64,000 nucleotides of DNA from Malacoraja senta (Eukaryota). Position 1 is the first letter of the stretch. Every line of letters starts with the position of its first letter. A model generated the notes under the pieces. It was not told the DNA's origin, made no database searches, and was given only the letters and a program-made list of their open reading frames with translations. The DNA is taken from the NCBI GenBank assembly GCA_038087875.1, contig CM075988.1:1054001-1118000 (forward strand), in the 5' to 3' direction. Of the stretch, positions 61,335-64,000 are shown in pieces. Position numbers and translations under genes: made by a program.

Positions 61335-63022
61335 TGAACCAGGGCACGACTGCATGTTTGTGATTAAAGAAGATACTTCTGTTCGGGAAGACTTGACAGA
61401 CATTCCCATGACAAACCCCAACTTAACTATGTATGTAGATGGGATATGGGGAGAAGGCAGGCACGGGTTATTGATAGGGGACGATCAGCCATGATCACAA
61501 TGAATGGCGGTGCTGGCTCGAAGGGCCGAATGGCCTCCTCCTGCACCTATTTTCTATGTTTCTATGTTTCTAACTGTTTGCCCTGATAAGAGCCTGCATC
61601 TTAGGAAAGGACTTGGGAATAAATGTTTATACATACTTCAGATATGCTTTAGGAGTGATCTGTGACTTTGGTCAGTTGTGGAAAAATAGGAGATTCTTGA
61701 CTTCAGCAGGAACACAGAATTCCCACCAGAAATTGATATCAGACCTGTTACAAGCCCTTATGTTGCCAATACAAATTGCCAAAAAGCTAAGGAAATGTCC
61801 CAAGGTGGTGGTACCTAAAATGATGAGGCAGACTAAAAGCATAGACAAAGACAAGTCTCCCTCGGAAAAACCAATGCCAACCATTCAAGATGTTGTTAGA
61901 TTACAGGTGGATGCCCCTGGCCAAGATATAGAAATGTGGAAAAAGCTCGGTTGTAAAGTTGATTGCATGTCGGGATTATGGGTTACCCCGGCAGGACAAA
62001 CATGTATTTCAGACGAACTCGCGATGTGGGTTATTGAATGTATACACTTTTCAACTCACTGTGCTGCTCGAGCAAATGGTGATATGCTTTTAGATACATG
62101 GTGGCATCCAAAGTTGCAGATTCTGGCTCAGGGGATTAGTAGTCGTTGTCTCACCTGTCAGCAATATAACCCCAGGAAGGGTATAACCTGCAAACAAGGG
62201 AGAACCCCTTTACACATGGGTCCCTTTGAGACCCTCCAATTGGACTACATTGAGTTGGAAAGATGTCAGTTTTATAAATATGTATTGGTTATTGTAGATG
62301 TCTTTAGTAAATGGATTGAAGCTTATCCTACTGTGGACAACAAAGATTCTATGGTTGCTAAAGTACTTATGAAACAAATTATATCCAGGTACGGAATCCC
62401 AACTGGGCTGAGTTCGAATAATGGCCCTCATTTTGTGGTTCAAATGTTCAAAGGTTCAAAGGTTATTTATTGGTCACATACACCATAGGTGTAGTGAAAT
62501 GCTTATTGCCAATGCAGCACATAAAAAAAAAATACAGACATAACAATAATAAAGAGATTTAAACATTAAAAAACATCCCCCCACAATGGTTCCCATTTGA
62601 GGGAAGGCACAATGTCCAGTCCCCATCCCATGTCCACCCATGGTCGGGCCTATTGAGGCCTCCGCAGTCGTCTTTACGGAGGCCCGATGTTCCAGGCCCT
62701 CTCACCGGGTGATGGTGCTCCGGCGTCGGGAGAACCCTCACAGCGGCTTGGGAAACCTGGAACGGCCACTTCCTTACCGGAGACCGCGGCTTCCTGCATG
62801 GAGCTCCACCACTGCCGATCTCGGCGAGAGATCCCAGGCTCCCGATTTAAAGTTCAGCGCCGAAGGTGAACGAAGAATTCTGTGTTCAGTTGGGCATCCA
62901 ACAGTAATTACATTGTGTCTATCGGCCATAGGCTGCTTGATTGGCTCGTTCAACGAGCCAATCAAACATTGAAAAATAAACTTGCCAACTTACAGATTGA
63001 AACAGGGACCAATTGGCTTAAA
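61335..63022 (+). pseudogene. ERV pol remnant: RNase H and integrase, interrupted at 61444-61571 and about 62438-62860
   Basis: HDC...DLTDIPM...MYVDG, LFALIRAC...INVYTYFRYALG (degenerate YTDSRYA), HFSTH...CLTC (HHCC), LQLDYIE...VIVDVFSKWIEAYP...SSNNGPHF, and after 62860 VQRANQTLKNKL. Confidence 0.88.
62438..62860 (-). mobile_element. 5'-truncated GC-rich non-coding retroelement nested in integrase
   Basis: Similar to 14630-14950. Tail AATAAA followed by (CCTTTGAA)n-like repeats. Confidence 0.65.
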
Positions 63023-64000
63023 CATAGAAACATAAAGACGTAGAAACATAGAAAATAGGCGCAGGAGGAGACCATTCGGCTCTTTGAGTCAGCACCGCCA
63101 TTCGTTGTGATCATGGCTGATCGTCCCCAATCAATAACCCGTGCCTGCCTTCTCCCCATATCCCTTGACTCCACCAGCCCCTAGAGCACTATCTAACTCT
63201 CTCTTAAAACCATCCAGTGATTTGGCTTCCACTGCCCTCTGTCTCAGGGAATTCCACAAATTCACAACTCTCTGGGTGAAAAAGTTTTTTCTCACCTCAG
63301 TCTTAAATGGCCTTCCCTTTATTTTGAGACTGTGGCCCCCTGGTTCTGGACTCGCCTCAACATTGGAAACATTTTTCCTGCATCTAGCTTGTCCAGTCCT
63401 TTTATAATTTTATATGTTTCTATGAGATTCCCCCTCATCCTTCTAAACTCCAGTGAATACAAGCCTAGTCTTTTCAATCTTTCCTCATATGACAGTCCTG
63501 CCATCCCAGAGATCAATCTCATGAACCTAAGCTGCACTGCCTCAATCACAAGGATGTCCTTCCACAAATTAGGAGACCAAAACTCCAGATGTGGTCTCAA
63601 TATTCCAGGACACAATACTCCAGATGTGGTCTCACCAGAGCCCTATTCAACTGCAGAAGAACCTCTTAACTCCTATACCGAAATCCTCTTGTTGTGAAGA
63701 CCAACATTCCATTAGCTTTCTTCACTGCCTGCTGTACCTGCACGCAGTGACTGGTGTACAAGGACGCCCAGGTCTCGCTGCACCTCCCCCTTGCCTAACC
63801 TAACCCCATTGAGATAATAATCTGCCCCCTTGTTTTTGCCGCCAAAGTGGATAACCTCACATTTATCTATATTATACTGCATCTGCCATGCATCTGCCCA
63901 CTCACTCAACCTGTCCAGGTCACCCTGCAACCTCCTAACATCCTCTTCACAGTTCACACTGCCACCCAGCTTTGTGTCATCCACAAACTTGCTAGTGTTG
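63023..64000 (-). mobile_element. CR1 LINE 3' part running off the window edge
   Basis: Tail at 63023-63055, RT C-terminal motifs, similar to 31680-32420. Confidence 0.9.

Overview
Repeat-dominated vertebrate genomic DNA, most consistent with a cartilaginous fish (skate/ray/shark, inferred from HE1/V-SINE-type SINEs and the CR1, Rex1 and Penelope repeat set). One host gene is readable: a pannexin-3 (PANX3) orthologue on the minus strand spanning about 7541-52201. Four exons are strongly supported (52021-52201, 44932-45071, 25257-25474, 16684-17354). A candidate fifth exon (7541-7602) is followed by polyA signals and would give a 423-aa protein ending in SSC, a PANX1-like architecture. The rest is mobile DNA: many CR1 LINEs, Rex1/Babar LINEs, V-SINEs, Penelope-like elements with minimal hammerhead-ribozyme motifs, non-autonomous Helitrons, hAT and PIF/Harbinger MITEs, a decayed DUF659-type hAT transposase, and a family of GC-rich non-coding retroelements with exchangeable tails. 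Upstream of PANX3 lies an internally deleted endogenous retrovirus (5' LTR, tRNA-Pro PBS, RNase H and integrase) holding several nested insertions. All calls were made by eye. No database searches were run, and repeat boundaries are approximate unless a TSD or TIR is quoted.
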